Virus record (IMG/VR): IMGVR_UViG_3300035698_026482
Coordinates: 32,001 to 96,000 of that record
DNA: 64,000 nucleotides
Direction: 5' to 3' (one strand)
From: a virus
Position 1 is the first letter of the stretch. Each line of letters opens with the position of its first letter. The position numbers and the translations under genes were made by a program. The notes under the pieces were generated by a model, which saw nothing but the letters and a program-made list of their open reading frames with translations, had not been told where the DNA came from and ran no database searches. Shown in pieces: positions 10,469-20,702 of the stretch.

Positions 10469-13400
10469 TTATGGTCGTGCCTTAGGCGCGCCCTTTCCAC
10501 TAGATCCATCGATCTTAAACCAACGGCCCTTATGAATTTGTGCTGCAATATCCTCTGTGTCCATTTTAACGTCAAGCTTGATGTTAATATTGACTTTATC
10601 ATTGGTGATTGTAAACTTATCCTTGACGCCCATTGACTTTGCCAGCGCCTTAAGCTTAGGCTTGATGTCTACGGTTTGTATATTTGCCAATGATTTGTTA
10701 GTGATGTTGACTGATTCAACCATCGAACTAACAACGGTCGCAATACCTGTGTACTTGTCCTTCACCTTGTCCAGGATTTTATACACATTATCAACTGACA
10801 TTGAAGCATTTGACATGCTAGTAATTGCATCATCTCCGAACTTCGGTAACTCCATTATCGAAAATGCATCATTGATAATGATTAGGCGTCCGTTAACGCC
10901 TTCAATGCTCGCAACCGTTTCATCTGTAATCTGACCCGTGGTTTTACCAAAGTCTACAATTGTCGTGACAAATGATCCGTATGGTGCTAGCCAATCGTTG
11001 ATCACCTTAGCGTCAACTTGACCCCTAGCTAAGATCATTTTGCCGATCGTGTCAGTTGAGTTTCTTATGACCCTGAATAGGCCCTCAAGTTTGCCGAATG
11101 CCTCAGTCAGCGCTCCTGCATCCAGCGTCTTGGTTTCGGTAAGAATGCTATTGAGTGCCTTAGGCACCAATGCGAACCCGTTAATCGTGTCTGTCAACTT
11201 TTCGAACCCAACGACATCAGTCGTTTTAAACGCGTCCATAACAGTTTCCATATGCTTTTGAATTTTAAGTAATGCAGGCTTGAGCGTTGACTCGAATGTC
11301 GACTCCATCTCTTTAAGTTTTTCTGGATCGATAGCCGTAATTTCGTTAAGAAATCCTAGATCCTTAGGACCAACAGAATCCTTTACACCCTTCAACGTCG
11401 CATCATTTATTTCTGCTGTTATTTTGCCTACGCGCTCACCAATTATTTTAGGATCGATAAACGAACCACCCATTTCGGACTGCAGTTGCGCAGCGGCTTG
11501 CTTACGAAATTCTGCGCTTTTAGCGAGGGCATCGTCACCCCGGAGCTTTGAAAAATCTGTGCCGCTATCTTTTGCGAGCTTTGCAGCTCTAGCATTCATT
11601 AGATCATCTTGCTTGCGTTGCTGGCTTTGTAGCGCAATCTTTTCATCTTCAATCGCGATTGTTACGCCCTGCGCTCGTAGTTTATTAATTTCATTTAACG
11701 CGTTGATTTCGCCTGACTGCAATTTACCTGCCAGTTCGCGATTTGTGATTTTTGCAAACTGCTCTTCGTCGAGCGCCTTCATTCGCGCGTCGTGTTGTTG
11801 GGCAATTTCCTTATTAATCTTAGCTGTCTGACCAAAGAAAACGTCAAGCTTTTCAGCCATCCATCCTGAAATGTTGAAATATTTGTCGAGTAATAGACCT
11901 ATGCCTATTCCGCTGAGCGCAGCGGTTAAAATTCCGCCAATTAATGCAGCCCCCGTAGCGCCGACGGCAGCGGCACCGATACCGATGGCCGTCGTCGCAG
12001 CTTTTTTCAAGCCCGACACAAGTACAGACCCTAAGCGCTTAATCCAGCCAGGCTTAATGACGCCGCCATTCAGGCCTTCAGCTATACCTTTTGCGCCAGC
12101 GAGGCCAACGCTTTTCGTTGCATTAAATAATATTTTTGAGGCACCCTGCAGCGCTGATACTGATAGCCCTGCAATAATAGCTTTTGTTAGCCCAGCCAAT
12201 AAAATTTTCTCAGCGACCCATGGCCACCACTCGTTAAAGAAGGCTATCATTGGCGGCTTAATTTTTTCCCACGCAGTTTCAATCATGAGCATGAAAGCGC
12301 TGGTTAATTGCCCGATGACTGGGCCTGTAAATGCATCAATTATAGGTTGGAGGAATTCTTGTATTGGCCCAGCGGCATCAATTTTGGGTAATGCGCCATC
12401 CTTAATCCAGTTCGCTATGAACATGAACGTATCACGTAGACCCTCAAGTGCCATTTTCGCCATGCCGGCGATGATATTGACCATCGCCTTACCGAATGTC
12501 TTGAGACCATTTAGGAATTTTGAACCAGCGCCGGCCCTGGAATCGAAAAAATCGAAGAACTTCTCCTTTAATTTCGCCATTAGCGTTGGAAAAGAGTTGG
12601 CTGCATCATCTCCCCCAACATCTTTGAAGAATTGCTTGAAAATGCCTACGATACCTGATGTCAGTTCTTTGAACTTCTTGGTATCAAACATCTCGCGAAG
12701 GCCCTTAACCATATCGGCGACGCCAGGAAATGCCTCAACAAAGGTTCGTCCGAGCTCCATACCAGCGTGTCGTGTGATACGAAGGGCTTTTCTAATATCC
12801 CACATCAGTCCGCGGAAATCTTTCGACCATTTGACGCCGCGCTCAAATCCCTTGAAGAATTGGGTAAAGAAGCCACCTTGCATGCTACCGGTTTTAACAA
12901 GACGTTCAATTGAATCTGCAAGTTTACCCATGGCCTCTTGTTGAGTCATGGTCTTTTTCTGGTTATTGCCTTGCTGCTTCTCGATCTGGGACATGGACAT
13001 GCCCTGATTCTTCAACGAGAATGCCATTTTTGTTGCAGACTCATCAAGGCCGGTTTGCTGGGAAAGAAGCTTTAATTCTTGGCGTGAAAGCTTTTCTGCG
13101 TCAATGCCCGCCATCGCCATTGACTTGCGAAGCATATCAACGCGCTTCGTGGGATCCTGCTCACGCATCATCTCCATTGCATCAACATTTGCACCAAAGC
13201 TTTGGGCGAGCATTGCTGCACCACGCGCCGCGTCTTCAAAGTTATCATATGCGTCGATGACGCCGATGACATCCTTAATTTCAAGGCCCAACTTACGCAC
13301 GTATACTGACGCACGAGACATCTCGTGTGCAGTCATATTGCCAAAATGGGAAACATCCTCAGTCATCTCAGTAATGTCTCTCGCGATCACCTTGTGGCTC

Positions 13401-14338
13401 ATGCCAAACGCGTCGCCCATTCCTGTCGATGCAACTGTAATTTCATTAAGGACGTCGGTCATCGTACGCCCTTGTGCTTTGGCAGTGATGCCAATGGCCT
13501 TCATTTGATCTTCAGAAATGCCAAGACCTTTCTGATAAGCTATAATAGCCTCTGCATTTTGAACAAGCTCTTCACCAAATAGATGAAAGGTGTTACCCAT
13601 ACCCTTAGCAATATCATGAACAGCCGTTAAACGCTCGGCCCAGTTGCCAAGAACGCGATAAACGCTTAAGCCAGTTTCCGCAAGCTGACCGCCGACCTCT
13701 TGATACATTCCACGAATATTCTTCGAAATATCGTCTGAGAATGATCCGAAATCTTTTCTAATCGCTTCACGAGCCCTCTGGAATTCACCGCCGCCGGGCA
13801 TTGAGTTGGCCATGTCGACCAATCCGCCAAGCATTTTAAACGGCAATGATATAATAGATTTGCCGACCTCGAATAATGCGCCAGCTATTCCCATAATTGA
13901 ACTAACAGCAGCCTGCCCAATTCCAATAATTCCGCTAAATGCGCTGGTGATGCCTGATAATCCTGCGACTACCATCGTTGTAGCAGTTGGAAACTTATCT
14001 GCAAAAATACCAGACAGTTCATTAACCGTGCTCTTGAACCCCTTGGCAGGCATCTTACCTTTCGAAAGCTCGTCAGCCAATTTTTTCACAGAATCAGTAG
14101 CTGTTTTGGATTTATCGCCTAGACCACTTGATGCTTCTGCGGCGCCCTCAAGCGCCTTATTCATTTTACCGATATCAGAAACAATCTTATCTAACTCAAC
14201 CCCCTCATGCACGCCTTGAAGGGCCTGTGCAATAGAGAGCTGGTTTTTCAGATCGTTAGTGATTTTAGCTTGATTGCGTTGCTGTGATGCAATCGCCTTA
14301 TTTAATTCAAGCTGTATTTTAAGATTATCTACGGCCAC
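10469..14338 (-). CDS. tape measure protein
   Basis: 1289 aa, A/G/K/S-rich and helical with hydrophobic segments; lies downstream of the hub chaperones. Confidence 0.8.
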   Translation of the reverse strand: MAVDNLKIQLELNKAIASQQRNQAKITNDLKNQLSIAQALQGVHEGVELDKIVSDIGKMNKALEGAAEASSGLGDKSKTATDSVKKLADELSKGKMPAKGFKSTVNELSGIFADKFPTATTMVVAGLSGITSAFSGIIGIGQAAVSSIMGIAGALFEVGKSIISLPFKMLGGLVDMANSMPGGGEFQRAREAIRKDFGSFSDDISKNIRGMYQEVGGQLAETGLSVYRVLGNWAERLTAVHDIAKGMGNTFHLFGEELVQNAEAIIAYQKGLGISEDQMKAIGITAKAQGRTMTDVLNEITVASTGMGDAFGMSHKVIARDITEMTEDVSHFGNMTAHEMSRASVYVRKLGLEIKDVIGVIDAYDNFEDAARGAAMLAQSFGANVDAMEMMREQDPTKRVDMLRKSMAMAGIDAEKLSRQELKLLSQQTGLDESATKMAFSLKNQGMSMSQIEKQQGNNQKKTMTQQEAMGKLADSIERLVKTGSMQGGFFTQFFKGFERGVKWSKDFRGLMWDIRKALRITRHAGMELGRTFVEAFPGVADMVKGLREMFDTKKFKELTSGIVGIFKQFFKDVGGDDAANSFPTLMAKLKEKFFDFFDSRAGAGSKFLNGLKTFGKAMVNIIAGMAKMALEGLRDTFMFIANWIKDGALPKIDAAGPIQEFLQPIIDAFTGPVIGQLTSAFMLMIETAWEKIKPPMIAFFNEWWPWVAEKILLAGLTKAIIAGLSVSALQGASKILFNATKSVGLAGAKGIAEGLNGGVIKPGWIKRLGSVLVSGLKKAATTAIGIGAAAVGATGAALIGGILTAALSGIGIGLLLDKYFNISGWMAEKLDVFFGQTAKINKEIAQQHDARMKALDEEQFAKITNRELAGKLQSGEINALNEINKLRAQGVTIAIEDEKIALQSQQRKQDDLMNARAAKLAKDSGTDFSKLRGDDALAKSAEFRKQAAAQLQSEMGGSFIDPKIIGERVGKITAEINDATLKGVKDSVGPKDLGFLNEITAIDPEKLKEMESTFESTLKPALLKIQKHMETVMDAFKTTDVVGFEKLTDTINGFALVPKALNSILTETKTLDAGALTEAFGKLEGLFRVIRNSTDTIGKMILARGQVDAKVINDWLAPYGSFVTTIVDFGKTTGQITDETVASIEGVNGRLIIINDAFSIMELPKFGDDAITSMSNASMSVDNVYKILDKVKDKYTGIATVVSSMVESVNITNKSLANIQTVDIKPKLKALAKSMGVKDKFTITNDKVNINIKLDVKMDTEDIAAQIHKGRWFKIDGSSGKGAPKARP

Positions 14339-14393
14339 GTGAATGCGTCCTGGTTACGCTTTAATACGTATCAAACAAGTCGCACTCTCGGAA

Positions 14394-14693
14394 TTACATT
14401 GGCCACGGAATTCCGGTCATTGCTTCAAAGTCTTTCGCCGAAGCGTTTTTAAGACCAAGTTTTTGAATAACACTTTGCGCAGTAGCACCTTCACGCCCTA
14501 ATTCGTGCTGGAACTTCTTTGAAGCAACCATTGCCGTAGCAAGCTTTTCAATCTCTTCACGATTGCCACGAATTTTAAGCCGGGTCTTTTGACCAACAAG
14601 CCACGCCGCCACGCCTGCAATAAAAAGTTTGCCAGTTGTGGACAAACGGTAAAAATGCCTTTCGTCAAGGCGTGGTGCGTCTTCTTGTTTCAT
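14394..14693 (-). CDS. hypothetical protein
   Basis: 99-aa ORF with an upstream ATATTTA motif. Confidence 0.65.
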   Translation of the reverse strand: MKQEDAPRLDERHFYRLSTTGKLFIAGVAAWLVGQKTRLKIRGNREEIEKLATAMVASKKFQHELGREGATAQSVIQKLGLKNASAKDFEAMTGIPWPM

Positions 14694-14710
14694 GCTACTA
14701 AATATACCGA

Positions 14711-14962
14711 TTATGTGAAGCGTCTTAAGCGAGCTGGTGCATGAGGTCGTTGACCTCTAAAGTTACGTTCTGATGGTGAATTATCATGCGTGCCCTTCGT
14801 ATACGCCTGTCCATCCTCACTATTTTCCGAGTGTTTTTGTATCTCTCTGTTAATTCGATTGATAAACCACCCGCGATGCTGTAGTGGTAACTTCCTCACA
14901 TCTTGGTGTGTAAAGCCAAGGTAATACATTAACAAAAATTCCTGTTCGAGTTGAACGTTCAC
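14711..14962 (-). CDS. baseplate hub assembly catalyst (T4 gp51-like)
   Basis: FLLMYYLGFTHQDVRKLPLQHRGWFINRI pattern, directly after the gp26-like gene. Confidence 0.6.
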   Translation of the reverse strand: MNVQLEQEFLLMYYLGFTHQDVRKLPLQHRGWFINRINREIQKHSENSEDGQAYTKGTHDNSPSERNFRGQRPHAPARLRRFT

Positions 14963-14984
14963 AATATAGTCAGCACCATGCCCG

Positions 14985-15875
14985 TTATGCGTCAGGCCAA
15001 AAAAACGTGGTCCCGATAGGGACCTCTACCTCGTTTGTCTCTCCGCAGGCGCCACATGTAAAGTCAGCTTTCATGTCGATGCCTGGTTGATACTGTTCAA
15101 TGTGATTTCGCAAGACGCGTGAGTCGCGGACAGGCATATTATTGATGAACTTAGTAATATACATCCTGTCAGTTTTGCCGTCGACTGACACAATCAAGCG
15201 TGCCAACTGAGAGGTTATAATATTATCAACAGCGGTCTGCAACTTCTTTTTGCGTTGTTCTGCGTCACGCGACAGCTCTTCTTCATCTCGACCAGTAAGA
15301 AAGCGAAACTGGATTCTCTTCTTTGATACTGGTAGATCAAGTGAGAATAGATTTTCGCCAGGAGCTTCTGGCGTAAGTTCGAGCCATTTGATCGGTAGTT
15401 CATTCAAATCGAATTCGCTCGTCTCACGGTTGTTACAATCTGGACACCCAACTTCAATCGCGTACTCGGCGCCGTAACCTGTAATTCGAAGTGCCACCAT
15501 TAATGCGTTACGATCGGCAAGTAGAAGATCATTTGGATTGATTTTCTTATTGCTTAAGCATGATCGCAAAAGATGAGTAATAACAGTACCCTTTTTAATC
15601 AGGGCTCTTGACGTAAGGATATCTTCATCCTTGGCTGTCATTGCCCTAATTTCAAGACCTTCGCAGTTGTGCAAAAGGCTGTCGGCGCCGTATACAAAGC
15701 CTCTGGAGGGTAGTGGCACAACATCGATAGGAATCTCATATCCAAAATCATCGCCGCTGGGCGTGCCTGCATGCATTCCTGGGATGTTTGTTGGTGGTGT
15801 ATGTTGCTGCTCTTGTCCTGGGGGTGGTGTCCCGCCCTGGAAAACCTTATTAGCGCCGCGTGTATCACTAGTCAT
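14985..15875 (-). CDS. baseplate hub subunit / tail assembly chaperone (T4 gp26-like)
   Basis: VPLPSRG..Y, IRAMTAKDEDIL, CPDC and CGAC Zn sites, VPIGTTFFWP C-terminus. Confidence 0.7.
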   Translation of the reverse strand: MTSDTRGANKVFQGGTPPPGQEQQHTPPTNIPGMHAGTPSGDDFGYEIPIDVVPLPSRGFVYGADSLLHNCEGLEIRAMTAKDEDILTSRALIKKGTVITHLLRSCLSNKKINPNDLLLADRNALMVALRITGYGAEYAIEVGCPDCNNRETSEFDLNELPIKWLELTPEAPGENLFSLDLPVSKKRIQFRFLTGRDEEELSRDAEQRKKKLQTAVDNIITSQLARLIVSVDGKTDRMYITKFINNMPVRDSRVLRNHIEQYQPGIDMKADFTCGACGETNEVEVPIGTTFFWPDA

Positions 15876-15979
15876 ATAATAGTTCCTTGAGTCGCCTCTC
15901 AGTAGATCCTACCAAAACAGGCGATACGCGTACATATAGCCTCATCTAAAACATGGACAAGACGCGTACAAATTCGAAA

Positions 15980-16678
15980 CTAGTTATTAGAATTAGGAAT
16001 ACGCTTTAGCGCAGTCGCAATTAGTTGCTTATGATTTTTGTCTTTGGTTTTTTCAACCTGCTGCTTAAAATAGTTTCTATTTTTATTAAACCAGCGTACA
16101 AATCGTTCATCGCCACGTAACGCGGTCTCAAGCCATTCAAGTTCGTCTTTTTTATCTTCTTTACTGAATTTCTTGCTTTTTCGATGGCGCTTGAATTGTT
16201 GCGCACCGCCTGCGATAAGAAGAAAGGGCAATGCAAGTATTGTCATCGATCCGTGAACAATGTTCTCTAGACCAGAATAAAGCTCTTCAGACGTATTAAT
16301 CCACTCTTCGCCAGCACGACTTGATTGACGCTCTTCCATATCATGTTTGATATGTTTAGAGATAGGCTCTAATTCATCCTGTAGCTCACCCATCAACATT
16401 TTTTGTAGATTTGCATCAGCCAAATCAATGTCGTGATCATTTGCATATGAAGCAAGTGATTGTTGCAGCTTTTTTAGTTTCTCACTCTTGACGAGCTTAA
16501 CAGCCTCTGCTGGATCCATCTTGAACGTTTGCTTGCAAATAGAAAGCAGTTGACCGATGATGCTATCCCATTCGTCAGATTTGACGATCTCTAAGGCATC
16601 TTCCTTAGATTCATTGATACGAAGACGAATTTCTTCGCGAATAATTTCGCGTGCTCTATGTTCAGTCAACTTTGTCAT
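15980..16678 (-). CDS. hypothetical protein with IIREE leader
   Basis: Probable start MTKLTEHRAREIIREEIRLRINE (track ORF begins at 16699). Confidence 0.7.
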   Translation of the reverse strand: MTKLTEHRAREIIREEIRLRINESKEDALEIVKSDEWDSIIGQLLSICKQTFKMDPAEAVKLVKSEKLKKLQQSLASYANDHDIDLADANLQKMLMGELQDELEPISKHIKHDMEERQSSRAGEEWINTSEELYSGLENIVHGSMTILALPFLLIAGGAQQFKRHRKSKKFSKEDKKDELEWLETALRGDERFVRWFNKNRNYFKQQVEKTKDKNHKQLIATALKRIPNSNN

Positions 16679-16865
16679 TCTTCTTTTCTTCCAATGCAAA
16701 ATGGGCCGCTGCAGACTTGCAATTACTAAACGCCATAAAAATGCGGCGTCGGGCCAATTTCAAATCATATTTCGTGTCGTCAGACGATTCACCAATAGCG
16801 TCGAGCTCTTGATTTGCACGAATTAGATGCTTGCACGCCTCTAAAAGGCGTATCCTCGGATCCAC
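16662..16865 (-). CDS. hypothetical protein
   Basis: 67-aa ORF, GTG start, overlaps the next gene. Confidence 0.45.
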   Translation of the reverse strand: MDPRIRLLEACKHLIRANQELDAIGESSDDTKYDLKLARRRIFMAFSNCKSAAAHFALEEKKNDKVD

Positions 16866-16942
16866 TTTTTTTGGCTCTTTGCGGCCAAAAATTAGATCCC
16901 AAAGTCTCGGTAAGGTTTTCCCAATGTCGATACCCTCCCATG

Positions 16943-17692
16943 CTAAAAGCTAAGAATCCTTCTGTGAACGTCATAGAGAACTTCCTCAAGAGTGGTGCCC
17001 GGAATGCCTACACGATTCTTGTTTTCCTCAATCCACGTTCTAAGATTATTACGTTCGGGCTCACCCATTTCACGAAGGGTGATATTAATTGCCTCATTGT
17101 ATGTGGCGTAGCTTCCATCCCACATATGTGCTAGTTCATCAATTCTAGCGATTGTCTGATTCGAAACATTTGCATCCAAATCACCTGCCACCTCAAATCG
17201 TCGTTCTGCATACACGTCATAGTTTGGGTCTAGACCAGGTGTACCGCCAAAACCGACGCCTGAAAGCATGCCTACGGTGATATTTCCGCCGGCGCCGTAA
17301 TTCGGGTTTGTAATTTGCGTAATTTTGCCGCCGACGTGCTCTGTTAGGCGTGTAACGAGCCCCTTGGCAAAATCAGCGCGCTTCTTATTATAGACGCCGT
17401 CAATATCTTCAAAGACAATTTTTACGTTGCCATCCTTGGCGTTAATATAAAAATCAGCTTCAAAACCAGCTTCTGATAATACGTCGACGCAGACGCCACC
17501 GAAATCAGACAGTTCATTTTCTGTATGAACTCGCTTGGATTCTTTTAACAATGACCTTTTTGTTCGATCAGACGTTTCCGTCATAATCTTAGTGGCAGCC
17601 TCTGATCCATCGCCGCCTGATTCACCAATAGCCCAATCGAAAAGATGAACTGGTAGATCGCTGCTGGCGCTTTCGTTATATGAATTATTCAT
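16943..17692 (-). CDS. hypothetical protein
   Basis: 249-aa ORF preceded by ATACTTA. Confidence 0.7.
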   Translation of the reverse strand: MNNSYNESASSDLPVHLFDWAIGESGGDGSEAATKIMTETSDRTKRSLLKESKRVHTENELSDFGGVCVDVLSEAGFEADFYINAKDGNVKIVFEDIDGVYNKKRADFAKGLVTRLTEHVGGKITQITNPNYGAGGNITVGMLSGVGFGGTPGLDPNYDVYAERRFEVAGDLDANVSNQTIARIDELAHMWDGSYATYNEAINITLREMGEPERNNLRTWIEENKNRVGIPGTTLEEVLYDVHRRILSF

Positions 17693-17741
17693 GAGGTCTC
17701 TCGTACCCCAGTAAGTATCAAGAAGAATCGTCTTTCTTCAG

Positions 17742-18689
17742 CTAGGGAACGTTGGGACTGGGCAGGTTATTGCACGCAGTATCAATAACCATTAACGCAT
17801 CTTCGAAAAACTGCTCATATGATGGTGCGCAGATGTCGCCGATAAACCCGTTTGTGAACATATTCGTGAACTGTGTAAGAATAGGCGCTTGTGCCATCCA
17901 CGTATTTTCACAGTCTGGCGAATCAGGTACACTGATTAACGACAAAATGACAACATTCTTTTCATCTTGTTCTAGATACAACATATGCTCAAACGAAATT
18001 GCGGCATTTTGCTGTGATGCAGCATCCTCATCGGTAATAATAACCACTACGAGTAATGCATCATCGCGATTAAAGCCTTCATTACATTGACCTGGTGAAT
18101 TTAAGAAGCCCTCTAGCGCTGCAATCGTTGCAGAAATAGGCTCTTCAAGACCACTGCCTGTGGCACCCACATTCGCTGCACATGTAAACGCAGAACTAAT
18201 ATCATCATCCTGCGTCATGTAATTATTACCTGCGACATATGGACCACATGTCGAGGTGCTTGTTGTTGTTACTAATGCACCAAGCTTTTGACATGGTCCA
18301 GGATTATCATCAAAATCGTCTGTGGTGACAACTCCAAGATGAATGCTTTCGAGTTCGACGATATAATTTTCAATCTGATTTGCAAATGCCGGAAATGACT
18401 CAATGAGCTTTTGTTGATTATCAAACATGGATCCAGAATTGTCGATCACAAAAAGAAAATCAACGTTCTTGCACGTTAATAGATTCCCGTCTGGATCAAC
18501 ATTCATGCCACCCGATCCATCGATATCAAGCTTGTCAGCAGGCGCATCGCCGCTTTCGCTTGCTTCGCTTCCAGACATAACATCTGGTTGTTTGCCAACG
18601 CTTAATGCAAATTCGGCATCGTTTGGATTACATGCAAGTGACAATGTAGCAATAATACCAAGCAACGCCGTTTTTAATTTTCTTATCAT
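17742..18689 (-). CDS. vWA-domain lipoprotein (Myxococcota-type)
   Basis: LSLAC lipobox-like site; DFLFVIDNSGSM (MIDAS DxSxS), HLGVVTTD, LLVVVIITDED. Confidence 0.75.
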   Translation of the reverse strand: MIRKLKTALLGIIATLSLACNPNDAEFALSVGKQPDVMSGSEASESGDAPADKLDIDGSGGMNVDPDGNLLTCKNVDFLFVIDNSGSMFDNQQKLIESFPAFANQIENYIVELESIHLGVVTTDDFDDNPGPCQKLGALVTTTSTSTCGPYVAGNNYMTQDDDISSAFTCAANVGATGSGLEEPISATIAALEGFLNSPGQCNEGFNRDDALLVVVIITDEDAASQQNAAISFEHMLYLEQDEKNVVILSLISVPDSPDCENTWMAQAPILTQFTNMFTNGFIGDICAPSYEQFFEDALMVIDTACNNLPSPNVP

Positions 18690-18891
18690 AGCTATTTCCC
18701 GTGCCTGTATAATAACACTACACAGTTACGGTTCACAGTAAAATAAGTTTATCACATTTCAGCACCAGAGACTCCATATGTTCATGTGAACCATCGTGAT
18801 GCGGCGCGCATCATCTGCCATCGTCTACTGTTCGCTTTTTTTATAACGAATAGGAACGTACGTGGGCAACGTGTAGATGTTAGGGTAGGCT

Positions 18892-19077
18892 TTAAAGCTT
18901 ACGACTAGAAAATATCTGTTGACTTCCAAGTAACATACTTCGTAGTTTTTTATCATACCTGATATGGGGTGCAGCAAAATAGTCCGTGTATATAAGCTGA
19001 CCCTTTAATTTGTCAAGGAAGTAGCGAGAAAAATACATATCGTCTGGGCGAATATAGCTGCTAAATTGAGATGTCAT
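18892..19077 (-). CDS. FSSR[KR]-tail small protein 12 (61 aa)
   Basis: Probable start MTSQFSSYIRPDDMYF (track ORF extends to 19257); ends QIFSSRKL*. Confidence 0.7.
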   Translation of the reverse strand: MTSQFSSYIRPDDMYFSRYFLDKLKGQLIYTDYFAAPHIRYDKKLRSMLLGSQQIFSSRKL

Positions 19078-19078
19078 G

Positions 19079-19282
19079 TTATATTTTTCTGCTTGAAAAG
19101 CATGTTTCGCCGCTGTACCATGCATCGCCAAATGTTTCTCGCAAAAATTGACCTGGAAACATAACACGAAAATAGCAAAGGTTAAGCAGTGAACCAAACT
19201 CACCGCGCAAGGAACCGCTATGTTCATTAGAATAAATGTATAAATCGCCCGTAACAACAGGGATTTTGTTATGATTTATCAT
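19079..19282 (-). CDS. FSSR[KR]-tail small protein 11
   Basis: Probable start MINHNKIPVVTGDLYIYS; ends TCFSSRKI*. Confidence 0.7.
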   Translation of the reverse strand: MINHNKIPVVTGDLYIYSNEHSGSLRGEFGSLLNLCYFRVMFPGQFLRETFGDAWYSGETCFSSRKI

Positions 19283-19541
19283 TTGGCGGACTGGTAAGCA
19301 TTTCAACTAATGCATAAACTGCTTCCTCATTATGTTTAATTAATTCTGTTCTAAGATCGATTTCTGCCCTAATAACATCTCGCGGCGGCTCAGCAGCGAT
19401 TTCATACTGATAAGCTTGTTCGTTCATGCGATGAATAATATGTCTAAGCTTGGCTGTACGAACTAGTTCCCACTCCCACGTTGCGCGACGCCCATGATGA
19501 CTAATATATTTCACCCACGTATATTTTTCTGTTTTTATCAT
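19269..19541 (-). CDS. hypothetical helical protein inside the FSSR array, lacks the motif
   Basis: 90-aa ORF coupled to both neighbours. Confidence 0.6.
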   Translation of the reverse strand: MIKTEKYTWVKYISHHGRRATWEWELVRTAKLRHIIHRMNEQAYQYEIAAEPPRDVIRAEIDLRTELIKHNEEAVYALVEMLTSPPNDKS

Positions 19542-19544
19542 TTG

Positions 19545-19712
19545 CTAAATCTTTCTTGAGATAAATCTGCGCCATAATGAATAGCCAACATCTGCATAGC
19601 TTAAAATCGTGTTCGGTGGGGCGGTTCTAAATTCAATCTCATGATGCTTCTGTTCATTATAAAACGGCAAGAAAAAGTAGAAATAATGATCTGCAGGCCT
19701 AATTTTCATCAT
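19545..19712 (-). CDS. FSSR[KR]-tail small protein 10 (55 aa, FISRK variant, not in ORF track)
   Basis: Hand-translated MMKIRPADHYFYFFLPFYNEQKHHEIEFRTAPPNTILSYADVGYSLWRRFISRKI*; ATGA overlap with the upstream ORF. Confidence 0.7.
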   Translation of the reverse strand: MMKIRPADHYFYFFLPFYNEQKHHEIEFRTAPPNTILSYADVGYSLWRRFISRKI

Positions 19713-19900
19713 GTGCGCCTTGAACTAAAAATCCATTTGCGCAACATCATTCCGTCAGATGCCAGGTTTTCACCATAACTCGCTCCCTGTGACATAATAT
19801 CGCCGAAATAAGCTTCATCACGCATGTATGAAACATGCATTCCGCTCGTCTGTATCCAATGTATCAAAAAGAAACATGCATCGTTTTTATATGGCCTCAT
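19709..19900 (-). CDS. FSSR[KR]-tail small protein 9
   Basis: Ends WIFSSRRT*; ATGA overlaps on both sides. Confidence 0.7.
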   Translation of the reverse strand: MRPYKNDACFFLIHWIQTSGMHVSYMRDEAYFGDIMSQGASYGENLASDGMMLRKWIFSSRRT

Positions 19901-20106
19901 ATCGCTAGTTTTCTTGAGCTAAAAACGTACCCAACTGAGAAGAGGTCGTATTTGCAGGCGCCCGTATAGTAGTATGTTCGGTATCTTGCAATTACGTTAT
20001 CAAGTATATCTTGGTAAAAGATAGCGTCATCATAATCCATCCATTCTCTTAGCGACATGTTTCGTTTTGGATTGAGAAGCTGTTTGTATAATTCATTCGC
20101 GCTCAT
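19897..20106 (-). CDS. FSSR[KR]-tail small protein 8
   Basis: Ends YVFSSRKLAI*. Confidence 0.7.
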   Translation of the reverse strand: MSANELYKQLLNPKRNMSLREWMDYDDAIFYQDILDNVIARYRTYYYTGACKYDLFSVGYVFSSRKLAI

Positions 20107-20275
20107 AAATTCGTCTTGATGAAAACACGTCAGATGATATTAGCGTCGACAAATCAGCCCATTGGGTAACATTGCCAGCAGTCCACGTGCGGCGGATTCC
20201 GCCAATATAATCAATTCCCGCTGCAAGCATCACGAAATCGTTATGCTTAATCAATGTGTAATTCATTTGCATCAT
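20093..20275 (-). CDS. FSSR[KR]-tail small protein 7
   Basis: Ends DVFSSRRIYERE*. Confidence 0.7.
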   Translation of the reverse strand: MMQMNYTLIKHNDFVMLAAGIDYIGGIRRTWTAGNVTQWADLSTLISSDVFSSRRIYERE

Positions 20276-20499
20276 CTATTCACCCTTCGTGATGAGAAAT
20301 AATATGCCACTAATTCATGATATCCCGTACGCAAGACAAAATTAGTACCGTATTTATATTCGTACAGTAGCGGCGCATCACCAAAAAAAGCAATCGCGTC
20401 ATCGTCGGATATCAATTTTTCGACACGACATTTTTCACAGCCACGAGTCATTATTCCTGACATTACATGGATTGAATAGTCATCCTTGTATGCAATCAT
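20272..20499 (-). CDS. FSSR[KR]-tail small protein 6
   Basis: Ends YYFSSRRVNR*. Confidence 0.7.
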   Translation of the reverse strand: MIAYKDDYSIHVMSGIMTRGCEKCRVEKLISDDDAIAFFGDAPLLYEYKYGTNFVLRTGYHELVAYYFSSRRVNR

Positions 20500-20702
20500 T
20501 ATTCGGCTTTTGTTATTATTTTTCGTGACGAGAAAACGTCAAGCATGTGCTCATACGTCCGTAGTCCGAACTTGCCTACGTAATCAGCCTGGAAATAATC
20601 GATAACTGTTCCGACAAAGTAATTGTCGGGATCTGTTACGTCAAGCTTTTCATTGCCATGAAAATAGATGTACAAATCATTAAGTTCTACGGGTACCCGC
20701 AT
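20499..20702 (-). CDS. FSSR[KR]-tail small protein 5
   Basis: Probable start MRVPVELNDLYIYF (track ORF begins at 20750); ends DVFSSRKIITKAE*. Confidence 0.7.
   Translation of the reverse strand: MRVPVELNDLYIYFHGNEKLDVTDPDNYFVGTVIDYFQADYVGKFGLRTYEHMLDVFSSRKIITKAE

Noticed and set aside
14711-15875. Tail assembly chaperone programmed frameshift (lambda G/GT type)
   Set aside because: The genes are separated by a spacer, the second has its own start, and I found no clear slippery heptamer at the end of the first; the gp26/gp51 arrangement explains them
16866-16892. Inverted repeat TTTTTGGC...GCCAAAAA
   Set aside because: The U run precedes the hairpin on both strands, so it is not a terminator; it is a single occurrence with no other support
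20351-20358. T4-type late promoter TATAAATA on the minus strand
   Set aside because: It lies inside an ORF (YKY codons) and is not seen before the structural genes
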